The notes under the pieces were generated by a model. It did no database searches and was not told where the DNA came from. It was given only the letters and a program-made list of their open reading frames with translations. A DNA stretch of 64,000 nt, from NCBI RefSeq assembly GCF_009914755.1, contig NC_060932.1; one strand, 5' to 3'. The translations under genes were made by a program, and so were the position numbers. Below, in pieces: positions 48,659-61,900 of the stretch (within the stretch, counting starts at the first letter, position 1; every line of letters starts with the position of its first letter). This DNA is from the human T2T-CHM13v2.0 reference genome, Homo sapiens.

Positions 48659-50407
48659 ATGATCAGCTAAAAAGAAAAATACCACTTTAAAGGGTCCAGA
48701 TACTTGGAAATAGCTCTGTTTGTGAGAGGCACCTTTTCTTAAGTGGGACTGAGAGGCATCCTGTCAGATTCAGACAAGAAAGCTACTCTAATGGTATATT
48801 GTCTCCTCCAGAGTATTTGAGAAGGAAAACCAATAGCGGTGCTCCTTGGATACAAATGGATAGCCAAGTGCAATTACAGTGTGTTGCATATATAATAGAC
48901 AAATAGAGTGCTTTATCTTTTGCTTGGAAACTAAAAAAAGAACCAAAGGATCAATGCAAATGTCAAGTTGTTTATAAACATCTTTTCTGCACCAGCGGAA
49001 CCGTTATTTCAACCTTCCCTGTGATAAAATGGTTAGATAGGAGAGTGAAATTATAACCAGTATAGTGTCTTAAATGAAGAGATTTAATTGAATGACTTTT
49101 ATATATGCCTTTTTCTATTTATCAGTTAGATGATTATTAGCAATTGACTTAGAAAGTCACCTAGCACTTTCGTCCTTGGTTGCAACCCTTGGTAGTGAGT
49201 CAGTGTTTTGGTTTGGTTTGTACTGGAGCAGGTTTGGTTGCCTCATCCACATGACTTGTTAAAGAGCAAGTCATACATTGTGAAACTTTGGAAACCCATT
49301 GTCATAGAGGTCTTAGGCTTGGATTCTGTAGCTGAATTTGGAATGAGATTACATCATTTGATCAACAATAATAAACAATACGTTGTACAAAAAAATGCAT
49401 CATGAAAATAAGGAAACTCAAACTTCCTTTACATTAAAACCAGTGAAGGAAGAGAGGTCCATGACTGACCTGGCATGAGGGAGCAATGCTCGATTGGTGT
49501 GCCTCATCCTGGACATGTCTTCTCCAAGAAACAGGTTAAAACTATTGCTGAAGACAAAATGTCCAACTTAGAAACAAGTGTAATGTGTTCATTGATCTTT
49601 ATTGCCTATCTTCCCAGTGGCATCAGCAAGGGTTTAAGATTACGTTTCTTTGAACTGAATGGGAGGTCTGATCTAAAAAATTTGCCATGGTTTTTGACTA
49701 TGCTAATATCTGACGCTTTGAGATGGTAGTTGAGATTCAGTTTTGAGGTGCTGTGCTTCCTTTGACTGCAATGAAAGGCCAACAGGGATAGGACCTAAAA
49801 ATGTGAACCTCCTGGGATTATCATGCAATCTAATATCAAAACTCCATTTCAACTATCACACATACATACAACAATATTTAATTCTATTGTGAGATGTGTA
49901 AAGAGAAGTGTAATATTCTAAATTTTATACTCCTAAATGTTGAGAAATGCAGATTTAAGTACTTGATGCAGTGCCATAGCTACCTGCTATATTTTTCTGT
50001 CTTTTTTTTGGTACAGGTTTCAGAGAGGCTCCATCTGATTGTGGATATTTTGCAAATGAATGGATTACAAAAAAGAACTTTAAAGAGGAAAACATTGTAC
50101 TAGAAGACCTCTTCCCTGCACTCCTGTAGGTCAATTACCAAAACAGACAAACAAACTGTGGACTCTTGAAGAAAACGGAGAAAACAAAAAATAATTACAC
50201 TGCAGTCTTAAAAGAGAGAAGTTAAAAGGCAAAACTGTATTTCATCCTTGTCTTATAAACAGTGAATTGTAAAACTTGTCTATCACTTTTTTTTAAATTT
50301 TCAACCACTGGCTTTTTTTTTAAGAAAAGGAAAAGAAATTTCTGTAGTCCAAAACAATGTTTACTTGTAAAAATTGATGATGTCTTAAAATGGGATAGAG
50401 ATTAGCA

Positions 50408-50731
50408 CAGCTCTGTCTACTGGAAGTGTAATATAAGGCACATAGGTACTTTTAAAGTTTCTAATAACTGCATTTTAAAAAGAAAAAAGTGGAAATAGGT
50501 TTAATAATATGTTTTATTTAACCCAATATGTACAAATGATTATTTCAACATCTAACCAAAATATAATAATTGAGATACTATATATTCTTTCTTTTGTACA
50601 CTGTCTTTGAAACTTGGTGTGTATTTTACATTCACCGTATATTTCAACTTGGGCTAGCTATATTTCTCATTCTAAGTACTCAGAAGCCACATGTGATTAT
50701 TGCTTATTGGCTCTCAAATCAGTAAGCACAG
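50408..50731. mobile_element. MER33 (hAT-Charlie)
   Basis: TTTAATAATATGTTTTATTTAACCCAATAT...GGTGTGTATTTTACA...AGCCACATGTG. Confidence 0.8.
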
Positions 50732-50734
50732 GTT

Positions 50735-50950
50735 TAGCATAGAGTCCTGTCTTTGTAATCAGACGAATAGTTGTTCAAAACATGACTGTATGGCCTTAGC
50801 TATGTGGCCTTAGACAAGTGGCTTAACTTCTATCCTTTAAAAAAAATAAAATGGAGATAATAATATCTAACTTCTAGAATTTTGTGAGAATTAAATACTC
50901 TATGTCAATCTTTCTTCATACGGTCAATCCCAATAAATGGCTGCTAGTAT
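50735..50950 (+). mobile_element. MIR
   Basis: AGCTATGTGGCCTTAGACAAGTGGCTTAAC...AAAATGGAGATAATAATATCTA. Confidence 0.75.
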
Positions 50951-51144
50951 TGGAAGTACAGTAGAGTAGATTATGATAGTGCAGCTATTATTTTTAAACA
51001 AGTTAAAAATTACCCTAATTTTGGAGTATCTGCTATATTTCCAATAAAGTGAAGGTATGCACAAGACGTCTGCCAGCCTGTGCTGTCTGGCCCTATGGCA
51101 AAGTTTGAATATTGAAGCCCATTATTTCTTTATGTTTTGAAATG

Positions 51145-51167
51145 CATATATATATATATATATATAT
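51145..51167. repeat. (TA)n microsatellite
   Basis: Direct reading. Confidence 0.9.
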
Positions 51168-51232
51168 CTCCACACAAATATGTATAATTGAGATTGGATT
51201 TTGGACTTTTCTGAACCTTGTGTTGGGAACTA

Positions 51233-51445
<213 letters not shown>

Positions 51446-54400
51446 TTTTTTATAATGAAAGAAATAGCAAATGAGCCTCTCCAACATTCTAAAGGGACTA
51501 TTCACGTTGTTGGTAAGTCATTGAAGTTCTAAGGCCAGTCAAATGTTCAGCCAAGCAGAGTGAATGTACTCCTGGAGCCCCGGGATATCATCTAGTCATC
51601 TACGCTGTCCAGGGCTGCAATACTCCCATTTAACGTTTTGGAAAAATGTATTGCCCTGGTTTGATTCTCCAAGAATGTTGATGGTTACAGGCTCCTCAGA
51701 GGAGACCATCAGTCTCAGGACTAGGACTTAACAGCTTGATCATGATGTCAGTGATAGATGTTTACTGAGCCCACTGGTACACACCGTGCTATTACTGAGT
51801 CTCTTTAACTATAGCCATTTCTGACAAGGAATTTACCATCTGCCTTCTCAAAGTGGATAGTTTGGGTTTGTTCGTGTGTTTACATTGTGAAATTATGTTT
51901 ATCAAGATCTCTGTACCCTAACTAATCACCAATTTTTTGAGTGATCAAAAAGACACAGCCAAAACAAGTCACAGCAGTTTCTCTACCCGGCTGAGCTGAC
52001 TACCTACAAGAGAGAATTGTGGTAAATTATGTGGTCAGTGACTCAGAGAAAGGTTTGTAGACACCACTCGTGAAAGCTTGCATTAAAATAACACATGCAA
52101 GAGTCTGTTCTCATGTTTTTGTATGGGGGGAGCATGAAGCAGGTCCCCTATGATGATGATGAAAGCCATCATTTTTCTTTTTATTCTCGCAGCTCTGCAA
52201 CATGGAATTAAAACCCCAACAGTAATCCGAACAGACTTGCAGTGACTAAAGGATCCTCTTTGATTTTCACTACTCAGCAGCAAAAGCAACACATTCTAAG
52301 CATGTAAAGTAGTTCAGCTGAGTTGAACAGCTGAGTCAATGCTTTTCATGAAAAGCCACTCACAGCCAAACTAGGGGAATCAATATCTTGACCCATATTA
52401 GCAACACAGCTGAGGATTTTAAGGCTCATTTAAATAACACTGGACACCAAAGTGCAATGCCTCTCTTGATGCAGGGGAGAGGAGATTGACATTTATTTGG
52501 GACTTGGAATAAATGCTGTTCATCATCCCTGTACTGAGAGAACATTGGCTGGGAAACATACAAGACTGAAGTCTGATCTGACATAAAGTAGTTAAACTGC
52601 AAACCAGAAAGCAGAAAGAAATCATTTGTCTGTCTGGGGTGGATAGAAGAATTCTATTTCACTGCTTTGCACATTCTGTAGTGATATGCTGAGCACAGAC
52701 AGCATATTTCATAAATCCACAATCTTGCCTAGAGTAAGAGCATTTCATCACCTTTCAAACTGCAGGGCTAGGTGTTTTCTGGTCCTAAAAGACACTGCCT
52801 CCTTATATATCAGTGTGGCAAGGCTGCCTGACATATTGGGTTCTTGTTTATCAAGAGACTAGAGCAAAGCATTGTGCAACTTCATGACTGCTTACAATAC
52901 ACTCAAAACAGCCAGAAACCCCATGGAGATCTGTGTTGATGTTTAGTTTACAGACTTTTGTGAAGATAATATTTAACATAAACGTGCAATATTGAAATGT
53001 TCTCTCATGGCTGCCCTCCTGATGGATCTGTAGGGGAATTCAGTTTGAGACATGAAGAAATATTCTTGAAGGAACTTTCTGATGAGCTGTAGGAAAATGT
53101 GATGTGCTGGGAATTCCCTGCAGAGCAGAATAAATCTCAAGGAAAAAAGCTCAAAGGCACAACTTTTATTCTGGTTCTACATGCAGTTTACTCGAGCTCA
53201 AAAAAACCTGACAAATTATTCAGAGAAATTACTGAGATGATTGTAAAATATTTCATGATTATGAAATTACCTATAGAAAGTTCTAGAAGTTGGATAATAA
53301 AGCAAAGCCAATGCCCCTACTATGAAATAGAGTAGATCTGTCTAAAATATGCACTTTAATGTTCCATGTAATTTGTTTTGTATTCATTCTAAAGACTGTA
53401 GCCATCATCTAGAACTAAAATTTGGGAGTGAGCTCAAAGTATGTGGCTTTTAAAAATACACAAAATGTGAATCGAATAGGCTGCTGCCTACAGGATACAC
53501 CACAGGCTTTAATGGAAGGTGAAAACATCTCTTCCTTTATTCAGCGCCACTCGCTTGTAAGGGGTATGAAACACAGGGTAGCAGCCAAATTCCCTGTGGC
53601 TAGCAGATGTCTTGGTCTCTAGAATTAACTAAGCATCCCATACTGAAAAGGTCCTTAGATAACCTGACAAGCAGTCACATCTCTTCAGAACACATCTGGG
53701 GGCCTTGGAAGGTAGAGATGTGGTACCTTCCAGCTGTAATACTACACTGGCCCTTGGTACTCAAGCTCCTGGTACCGAAACATTTTCAAAGGACCTCCAC
53801 TGCCTCCGATGCTTCATGTCCCAGGGTTTCCATTGGGAACATGTGAGGAGAGTGGTTGTACTATTGATGCCAAGAAAAAAAAAATGTTTTAGGGTAAAAT
53901 AATGCTCACTATTTGGATAAGTAGAATTTATTTTTGGATATGTTCAGAGATGAGTCAATAACAAGCACGTAGGGAATTTAAAACCAAATATTCTATGCCT
54001 TTGCAATTCATTTGGTGTATGGCCAAAGGAAGATCTTTAGGTTTTCAGGTGAGATGCAGTTCCTAGGTTATGATTAACGACCCAGGCACATTTATGCAAA
54101 AACAAGGGATATTCTTGATATGTCTGCAGAAAATCCAATTATAGCAATTTTTCTTTTCCATTTACCTCAAGATGTAAAATGAGGTATGGTATTCTCTGCC
54201 ACTTTATTTCTGTGCTCCTGGATAATCTTAAAGCCCTTGGAACCCCTAGTTTTATTTCCAAGTTTTCCGTTATAGATCATATGTAGTAAACCTTTATTTT
54301 CAGAACAAAATAAAATATTTAAAATCAAAGGCTATATTATTAATAATATAACTAATCTTCCCTTCTTGATCCTGATTTTCTTCAATCAAAAGATCATCTG

Positions 54401-54929
54401 TATCTTAATGGTGTTGTTTCACATTATCCCAAGGATAAATTTGAGGTTTCTTAGGGCTTGTATTAAATAGAGAACCCACCCCCTAAATCCCATCTTATAA
54501 AGCTTCATGTAATCTTTGAGGGCTCAGAAAATGGCTCACTCCTACTGTCAATTTGATTTCAGAATCCTTGCAAGTTCCCTCTGCAAAAGTATTTAACTTG
54601 AATTATGGAAAGTGAAGTCCAATCCATCTGGACTCTCTGGTATTGCATCAAGGAAGTTTACAGCCTTGCAGGAGCACACTCACAGAACCTGCCTCCACAG
54701 TTTGCCATGGGATAACTAAGTCCTATTTACTACATCGTCTCAGTAGTGTGTATTATCTCATATCTGTACACTGTCCCAAATAATGGAACATTCTAGTGAG
54801 GTATGGAATTTAAAATGGCCTTTTCTCTACAAATTATCCAAATGTACTTAATTTTAAAAAGTACATTTTAATCTTCATTGTGACAAAACAGGAGTAACAG
54901 AGGGTTACCCAACCACACCATCAACCACA

Positions 54930-55105
54930 ACAATGGCTAACATCCAATGAACCCACATTGTTTTAAGCTCTGTGAAATGCTTAGTTATTCTTCTATTATC
55001 CCCCCTAGTTTATAGCTGAGGAAACTGAAGCACTGAGAAGTTCAATGACTTGCCTAAGGTCACGGTATAAGTTAATGGCAGAGCCAGGATTTGAATCCAG
55101 GAACA
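54930..55105 (-). mobile_element. MIR
   Basis: GCTGAGGAAACTGAAGCACTGAGAAGTTCAATGACTTGCCTAAGGTCAC...GCAGAGCCAGGATTTGAATCCAGG. Confidence 0.85.
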
Positions 55106-55239
55106 ATAGCTGGAAAATACCAAATGGAAAATAGCATCTAATAGACAATTGCTTAATTCAGTATTCATTTTTTAAAAATATCTGTTAAGGGGAAATTACA
55201 CTAAAAATGATTGAATTCCTATTGCAACCATTCTTTAAG

Positions 55240-55370
55240 CAGGAATTCATGGGTCCCTACTAGGGACACAGGTGAACTACATAGTTTTATGTAAACATAC
55301 GTGAAAGTGTGCATTTGTCTGTTGATGAGTTCAACAGCATTTACTAAATCTCCAAAGGGATCCAAGACAG
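55240..55370. mobile_element. MER103-like DNA transposon fragment
   Basis: TGTGCATTTGTCTG...AGCATTTACTAAATCTCCAAAGGGATCC. Confidence 0.5.
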
Positions 55371-55899
55371 CCCCCTGCCCCCAGTCCCCCATAATAAACT
55401 TCTACGAGGAACAAGTGACTCACTGTGTACCTTTCTCTAAACCCAGAAGCAGGACTAGCAATTGGTGCTTAGCAAGGTGAGGCTTAGTAATGTACCTATT
55501 TTAGAAATTTCATAATTTCACTCATCTAGTAAACATGAAATATTAGCTGAGACATCGGTGAGCAAGCAATTGTGCTATGACAACGCTAGCTCCATCAGCT
55601 GAATCAGCATTATGGCATAATTATACCAAGGAAACTGTGCTAGGTTTTCTATTGTACCACTCCAATATTTTAATCGATTTTCACTGGCCTTGCAGTTAGC
55701 AAAACTTCCTAACACAGCAAGAGTTTGATCAGCAATGTTGTGCATTCTTTCTTTTCTACATCTACATGGTTATATTAAGGGAAGTCCAGAGAGTCTATAT
55801 TAAGGGCATGATAATCAGGTGCCATTTGAAGTCAAAATTTTCACTAGGGATTAAAAAAAAAACATTTTTGAGACACTAAATGCCACTGGTGAAGGCAGT

Positions 55900-56324
55900 T
55901 GTACTTGTTGCAGGTTATCCTGCAGTAGACATGACCTAGCTAGGTTATCCAGAAGTAGACATTGAAACAGAGTTTGGCATTTGGATATTTCCTGGGGATC
56001 AACATCTGTGAACAAGAAACAGGGAAAGGAAGTGAATTGAGCAGGAGGAGAGGCCAAATCGCCATGCAGACGTAGCACAGCCTCAGCTCAGCCAGTAAGA
56101 AGCTCTGCAGCATACATGGCCCAGCAGAGTCAACTGGCTTTGGGATGAAATGGCTGGAATTTATGCTCTTGCCTCAATCAGTTCTTAGATGGGCCTTTCA
56201 AAGAAGCAACCCTGCAGGTGAGGCAAACCCTTTAGTAGCTGACAGTTGGCGGCTGTGCTGACAACTGGGACACAAATCCTTCTTTCAACAGTAATCTGGG
56301 CAGTTCCTTTCCATGCCCACCACA
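55900..56324 (-). mobile_element. LTR16-family ERVL LTR (3' LTR)
   Basis: GGGATCAACATCTGTG...AGCTGACAGTTGGCGGCTGT...AAATCCTTCTTT...CCACCACA. Confidence 0.8.
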
Positions 56325-57270
56325 ATCCACGCTGTGCACCACAGGAATCCATTGCTTTAGAGCAGCCTGGGAAACAGCTCCTTCCGGGTTTCAGAGGGCT
56401 TCTCTTCTTTGGGTGTGCTTAGAATAGGAAAGTCAGCGGCATAAGCTACAGCCTTGCCACTGCCAAGGTCTCAGGGCTGCGGCTGATACTGTCACTCTGC
56501 CCTCTGCATTCTAGACTTCCCTCAACTTTAGGCAGCACTGCTGCTGCTCCCGGTGACTTACCTGGTGGCATGATGAAGTCTCTTATCCCTGAGAAGCCTC
56601 AGGCCTGGTGCCCCATGCACTTCTCAGGCCATGCCTGCTGCACTGTCTCTTCACCTCAAAGCTGAGCAAGGCCATACAAAAGAGCACCCAACTGGGTCAC
56701 CTGTATGCCAAATGTCTTCCTCTCTTCCTATTGTGTGACAGCAGTCCTCCCTCCTCCTGATGATAATGATCAATGCCCCTTCTTGCTTGGAATTCCTTGG
56801 CACAAAGGGTCTGAAATGTCCAGGAGGCTGTAGCAGCCCCTAATTCATTAGAACACTTGCTATGTCCTTGGGTGGAAATAATCTATCTTTAAGAACCAGG
56901 ACTTCTAAACTTCCATAACCTAGAGTTGTGGGAATGGGAAGCACAAGCTCCCTAAGTGGTCACTGAAAGTGATGGTAAGCAGAGCCTCATCAATTCACGT
57001 CCCCATTTCTGAGACCCATGTGTTCTTCCTATCATGGACACAGAACCATATTCAGGGATTTGATGCAATTGTATTCTGTGCCCTGAGTTGGCCCAGCACC
57101 CTCAGCGGGCTATCCCAAGGCACTGTCAGGCGGCTGCTCTGGGTGTCAGCACATGAGAGAACCAGTGATTCCTGTGGGCCCGCTCCCACATGCCTTTGGT
57201 TCCTTTGTTATAATGGGTCCTTCTGTGGAAACCTGTGCGGATGGACAAGCACTTGGGAACCATTGTCCTT
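56325..57270 (-). mobile_element. HERV16/ERV3-16A3-like ERVL internal remnant adjoining the LTR16
   Basis: CTTATCCCTGAG, CAGCAGTCCTCCCTCCTCCTGATGAT, GAACCAGGACTTCTAAAC and GGGAAGCACAAGCTCCCTAAGTGGTCACTG match recalled ERVL 3' internal sequence. Confidence 0.78.
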
Positions 57271-57515
57271 ATGATTCCTACTTCTTCCTACTTTTCAAAT
57301 GGCTGAAAACTGTACCACACAGTACATCTAGTATACTCCAGCATACCATCCCAATTCACCTAAAAATGTCTAATCTCAAAAGTCTTAATTCTTCTGAAAC
57401 CAAAAACTGAGAGCTACCTTCCCAGTCTAATCTTGCCCCAGTGAGAGGGGCAAGAAACAACAAAAAGCCCTGTCCCCTATTCCTTCTGCCTTTTCTGTTA
57501 GATGTTACTTTAAAA

Positions 57516-57518
<3 letters not shown>

Positions 57519-57554
<36 letters not shown>
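57519..57554. repeat. (TG)18 perfect microsatellite
   Basis: Direct reading. Confidence 0.97.
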
Positions 57555-57557
<3 letters not shown>

Positions 57558-59544
57558 ATCAATACTTTGAACTGCTCTGAGGAAAAATGCTGAATTTAGA
57601 AAAGCACTCTTGCCAAGAAATATTATTGAAGAAGGGTGTTTGTTTTCTAACAAGAAATACAGGCTTCCCCTCCGGAATGATTTGGAAGAAGACAGTTTTA
57701 CTGTCCCCTAAATTCTTCAGATTTCTTCTGATACATAATCTCGGGTTTTCTAGTTCCTTGTATTGGACCCAGAGCTTCTTGTTTTTAAATGTATATTTGC
57801 AAATACCTACCAGACCGTAACTGGAAGCCAAGTAGACATCAGAGAGCTGTGAAGTGATGGCAATGGAAGGCCTGTGCATGAGACCTTCATACACAAATGT
57901 GAGGACACAGCCATTAATATTAATGTGAGTTTTCGATTGTAAGCTTATTCTGTTTCTTCCATGACACCTCATAAGTTTAATCATCTCTTTCCCAAAGATA
58001 AAAATTGCTGATATTTATGCTTTTTTAACAAAAGCATAAACATAGAGTGCTACTCTTTTCCTTCAACAACACAATTCTTACTGATTTTAAAGTATAGGAA
58101 AGTAATTTGAATCTCTCATGCCAGGAAATGAATGAACACAGCAATTTAGCAGCTCATTTTTGAGGCACTATTATAGTCAAAATGTTTTTTATCTGAGTTT
58201 TTTATGGGGGTGTGATTGTGATCATTGAAAATAGCAGAAACAGCTCTTTGGCTGGCTCCCTTTCCAGGTAAGGAAGTGACTGAATCAAAGGAATATATTA
58301 CCTGGAAAAAAATCTGGATGAGAACAATAGATGGTAGTTGTAGCACTTGTCTGAACTCTACATTCTAATGATACTAATTAGACTCTGAAAATTATATTTT
58401 CACTAAAGACATGACAATTTCAATTTAAACTTTTTTTACTTGGCCCAGTTTCAAGAACTATATATCCTATGGTGCTGCTGATTATAAAGCTCCATAGACA
58501 ATGTTACATAAGAATGCTGATTAAATCTGCAAACTTTGATAGTTTTAGCAAATGAGCTTCACATGCAACATACACATCAACTATACATCTTCCTGTAAGT
58601 AATATTTATGCTTTAAGTAAAGCTACGGAAAAGTATCATAAAAAATGGGCAATTCATTATTTATAGAGTCATTTACTTGGAATGTTTCTAAAGGAAAGAA
58701 AATGAACATTTCTTCTGCATATCAATAAATAAGCCAAAGCAATTCTTCATACAGAAAATTAGCTATAAATTTACTTCTTAAATGTGCTAAAATATGAGCA
58801 AGTATCTTTTTTAGACAGAATTAATATACTGGCTGTTGTTTCTCAACCAGTATTCAAAATACCAATACATTAATATCCAAGCATGCAAATAAAAGCTATT
58901 TAGTTGATTATGTAAACTCCACCAGACTTCTCAAAAAGGCATCTAACATTTCCACATGATTGAAAATATTCAACTATAGTTTCAGTTTTCTTATAGAACA
59001 ATTTTAACAACTATAGGGAATATCCCCAAGGAATCATGAATATAAAGACCAAAGCTTCAGTTTTCTTTAGGATCATTATTCATCTGGAAATTGTTTTGGA
59101 GTCCAGATTAAATAAACTAGTACTAAAAAGAATAATTTTGTTAGGAAAAGCAAGGCAATGACATCTACATTCTCATTTCAGGAATGTTTGTCTCCTAAAG
59201 TTTTAAGATAATCAGTTTCAATTTCAATTAGACAATCAATTCTATTTTATTAAAGGTAAAGGTTCTTATATTTATATTTAGAGTAATGATTTAAATAAGA
59301 TTATTACTTGCTCTCTAAAATTTATTGAATATTATATGAACAAGGGTGAGAAAGTTGGGTAAATAACTATACACAATAGCATTGAGGATAGCAAGAGTTG
59401 TAGATTTTTAAAATACTAGTGAGAAATACAAATAATAGATACATACATGATAAAATGTAAGACCCAGAAATAGAAAGGCTAATTTGAACTTTTAATAACA
59501 GTGCTCATTGTTAAAACTCTTTCCGGGTCAAAGAAAATGTTTCG

Positions 59545-59700
59545 TAAACCTAGCTACGTGGCATGCTAAGTCAGGCCACCCAATCTCCTCACCTCAATTC
59601 CCTCATCTTGAGGATGGGAATAACAGCACTTCCCTCCAATGGTTATTGTGAGGATACATTAAGTAAAGAACTTGGTCTAGAGTTAGGGCTCCATAAATTG
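59545..59700 (+). mobile_element. MIR
   Basis: CCTCAATTCCCTCATCTTGAGGATGGGAATAACAGCAC...GGTTATTGTGAGGAT. Confidence 0.7.
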
Positions 59701-60304
59701 TAGGTATTATTATCAGAGACTAATGTGAATAATCTAAACAGAAAAGGCAATGTCATTTTAAGCCTTGAATGAATGGAATTTAAAGGTACAAATGACAGGA
59801 AGTAAGCATAGGGAACTGAACTGGTCACTGTTATTTGTAACTGTGGAATATATGTCTGCAAATTTCTCCAAAAAGGCAAAAATATCACAATCTAAAAACA
59901 TGACAAGAATGCTTTTAGCAGACAAGCAGTCAAGAGTTGTGATCTTAGAGTACATATGTCTATTTCTGTTCCAAGTAAAGATACAGCTAAAGACATTGAG
60001 GCCTATGGAAGTGAAATTATTTGCTCAGAGTACATCATGGTGCCAGTCAAGATGAGAAGCTTATATGAAGAGTCTCAGCTCAACACTAAGGCCATCTATT
60101 CTTCCTTTGCTTTAATATCTGCCAACCCAGCTGGCCAACACAAAACTCTCCTTTGTCTTCAACCACAAGCAATTTACATTCCATGTCAGGGTTTCATCAC
60201 CGATTACCTCGATAACTTTACATACTTTTCTCACAACGACTCTACTCTCATCATGGTTGAAAATGCTAGTGTTACTCAATATCCATGTTGTACTCTTTTG
60301 CTTT

Positions 60305-60440
60305 TTCCTGGGCACCAAGCTAGATCACATTTCTAGCTATTGCAGTTAGGTTAGCCATGAGACAATGGATTCTTCTCAATGGAATGTGATGTTCCATCTT
60401 CCAGGTCTGGGCCATAAGGTTCTCCCACTCCAAATCCTTG
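60305..60440 (+). mobile_element. LTR33-like ERVL LTR fragment
   Basis: GCTAGATCACATTTCTAGC...TTGCAGTTAGG...CAATGGAATGTG...CTTCCAGGTCTGGGCCATAA. Confidence 0.6.
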
Positions 60441-61124
60441 TTTGGATATGGCATAATTAAAAAATAAAATTTATTTGTTTAGACTTCCCCCAAGACCAAG
60501 ATGACATAGTCTTATAAAATAAGAACTTCTTTAATCTACTATCTAAAATAGACAAAAGTGTTGCTCAAAGACTAAAATAAATACTATTTCAAGCAAACCA
60601 TCAGGGTATGAGGAGCAGCTCCAGAATTTCCACTTATGACGGCCTTGAGAAGGGGCAATCCCATTGAAGCAAGGCTGGTGGGCTTGACCACAAGTTGTGG
60701 ACACACCTTTCTTCTTTTAAGATTGTTTATTTGGGGTAGCTGGGTTGGAAATGTCTTTGCTATCAACTATGAGATGCACCTGGGGAGTAAGACTTCTGGT
60801 TAACTCAAAAAAGAAATGGCACTGGTTGTAATTAAAATATTCTGGCAAGAGAAATTCATCTGCTAACAGAAAATATTGGTTGTCTTGAAAATGTAGAGAA
60901 AGAGACATTTTTGTATATTGCTGACAGAGACCAAATGACCATAAATATATCAATATCCATTAACATTTTACCATAATAATTTCATACCACTTGGCCTAAT
61001 AATTCCAATTTGTGGGCTCTACATATAGAAACAAATATCCTAGTTCTCATGAACAGATGGGCAAAGAATTTGTCTTTCAGTATTGTTCCAGTGACAAAAA
61101 AGAAACTTAAAAAAACACAGCCTA

Positions 61125-61420
61125 GGCCGGGCATGGTGGCTCACGCCTGTAATCCCAGCACTTTGGTAGGCTGAGGCAGGTGGATCACCTGAGGTCCGGA
61201 GTTCGAGGCCCAGCCTGGACAACATGGTGAAACCCTATCTCTACTAAAAATACAAAAAATTAGCCAGCTGTTGTGGCAGGTACCTGTAATCACAGCTACT
61301 CAGGAGGCTGGAGCAGGAGCATTGTTTGAACCCAGGAGTCAGAGGTTGCAGTGAGCTGAGATCGCACCATTGCACTCCAGCCTGGGTGACAAGAGTGAAA
61401 CTCCATCTGAAAAAAAGAAA
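61125..61420 (+). mobile_element. Alu (AluSq/Sp-like)
   Basis: Full dimer GGCCGGGCATGGTGGCTCACGCC...A-tail. Confidence 0.96.
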
Positions 61421-61729
61421 GCTGCAATATCGTGCATATTGTATTATCCTATTCTGCGAAACCAAAACAGAAGTAAAATTCCTACAATTGTTCATCTTCA
61501 TAGAAAATGGAGTAAAAATGGTATAGAAAGAGACTGTTCTACCTATTGTTATAGCTTAACTTAGAATGGTGGATGGTTAAGGGAGTGGAGGATAATACTG
61601 GCATTTTCTTTACATATTCCAATGTTGTTTTACTTTCTAAAAAATTCATGCTTTCTAATTTTTTTAAAAGCTGCTAGATGGAGAAGCCCTTGAACAGGGT
61701 GGCTAAGGGCATGACTTCTGGCCCCAGGC

Positions 61730-61900
61730 CCTGTGGCTCAGTCCTGCTCTTCCAGCTACCTGTTCTAGAGCCACGGACAAGACAGTTACTTCAACTGTGA
61801 AACGGAGGTAATAAAAGAACCCATCTCCTAAGGTGGTTGTGAGCTCTTCATCATTTACCTTAGGCCCAATGCTTGGCACATGGTAAAAGCTTTGCAAGTA
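61730..61900 (+). mobile_element. MIR
   Basis: CTGTGAAACGGAGGTAATAA...GGTTGTGAG...GCTTGGCACATGGTAA. Confidence 0.65.
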
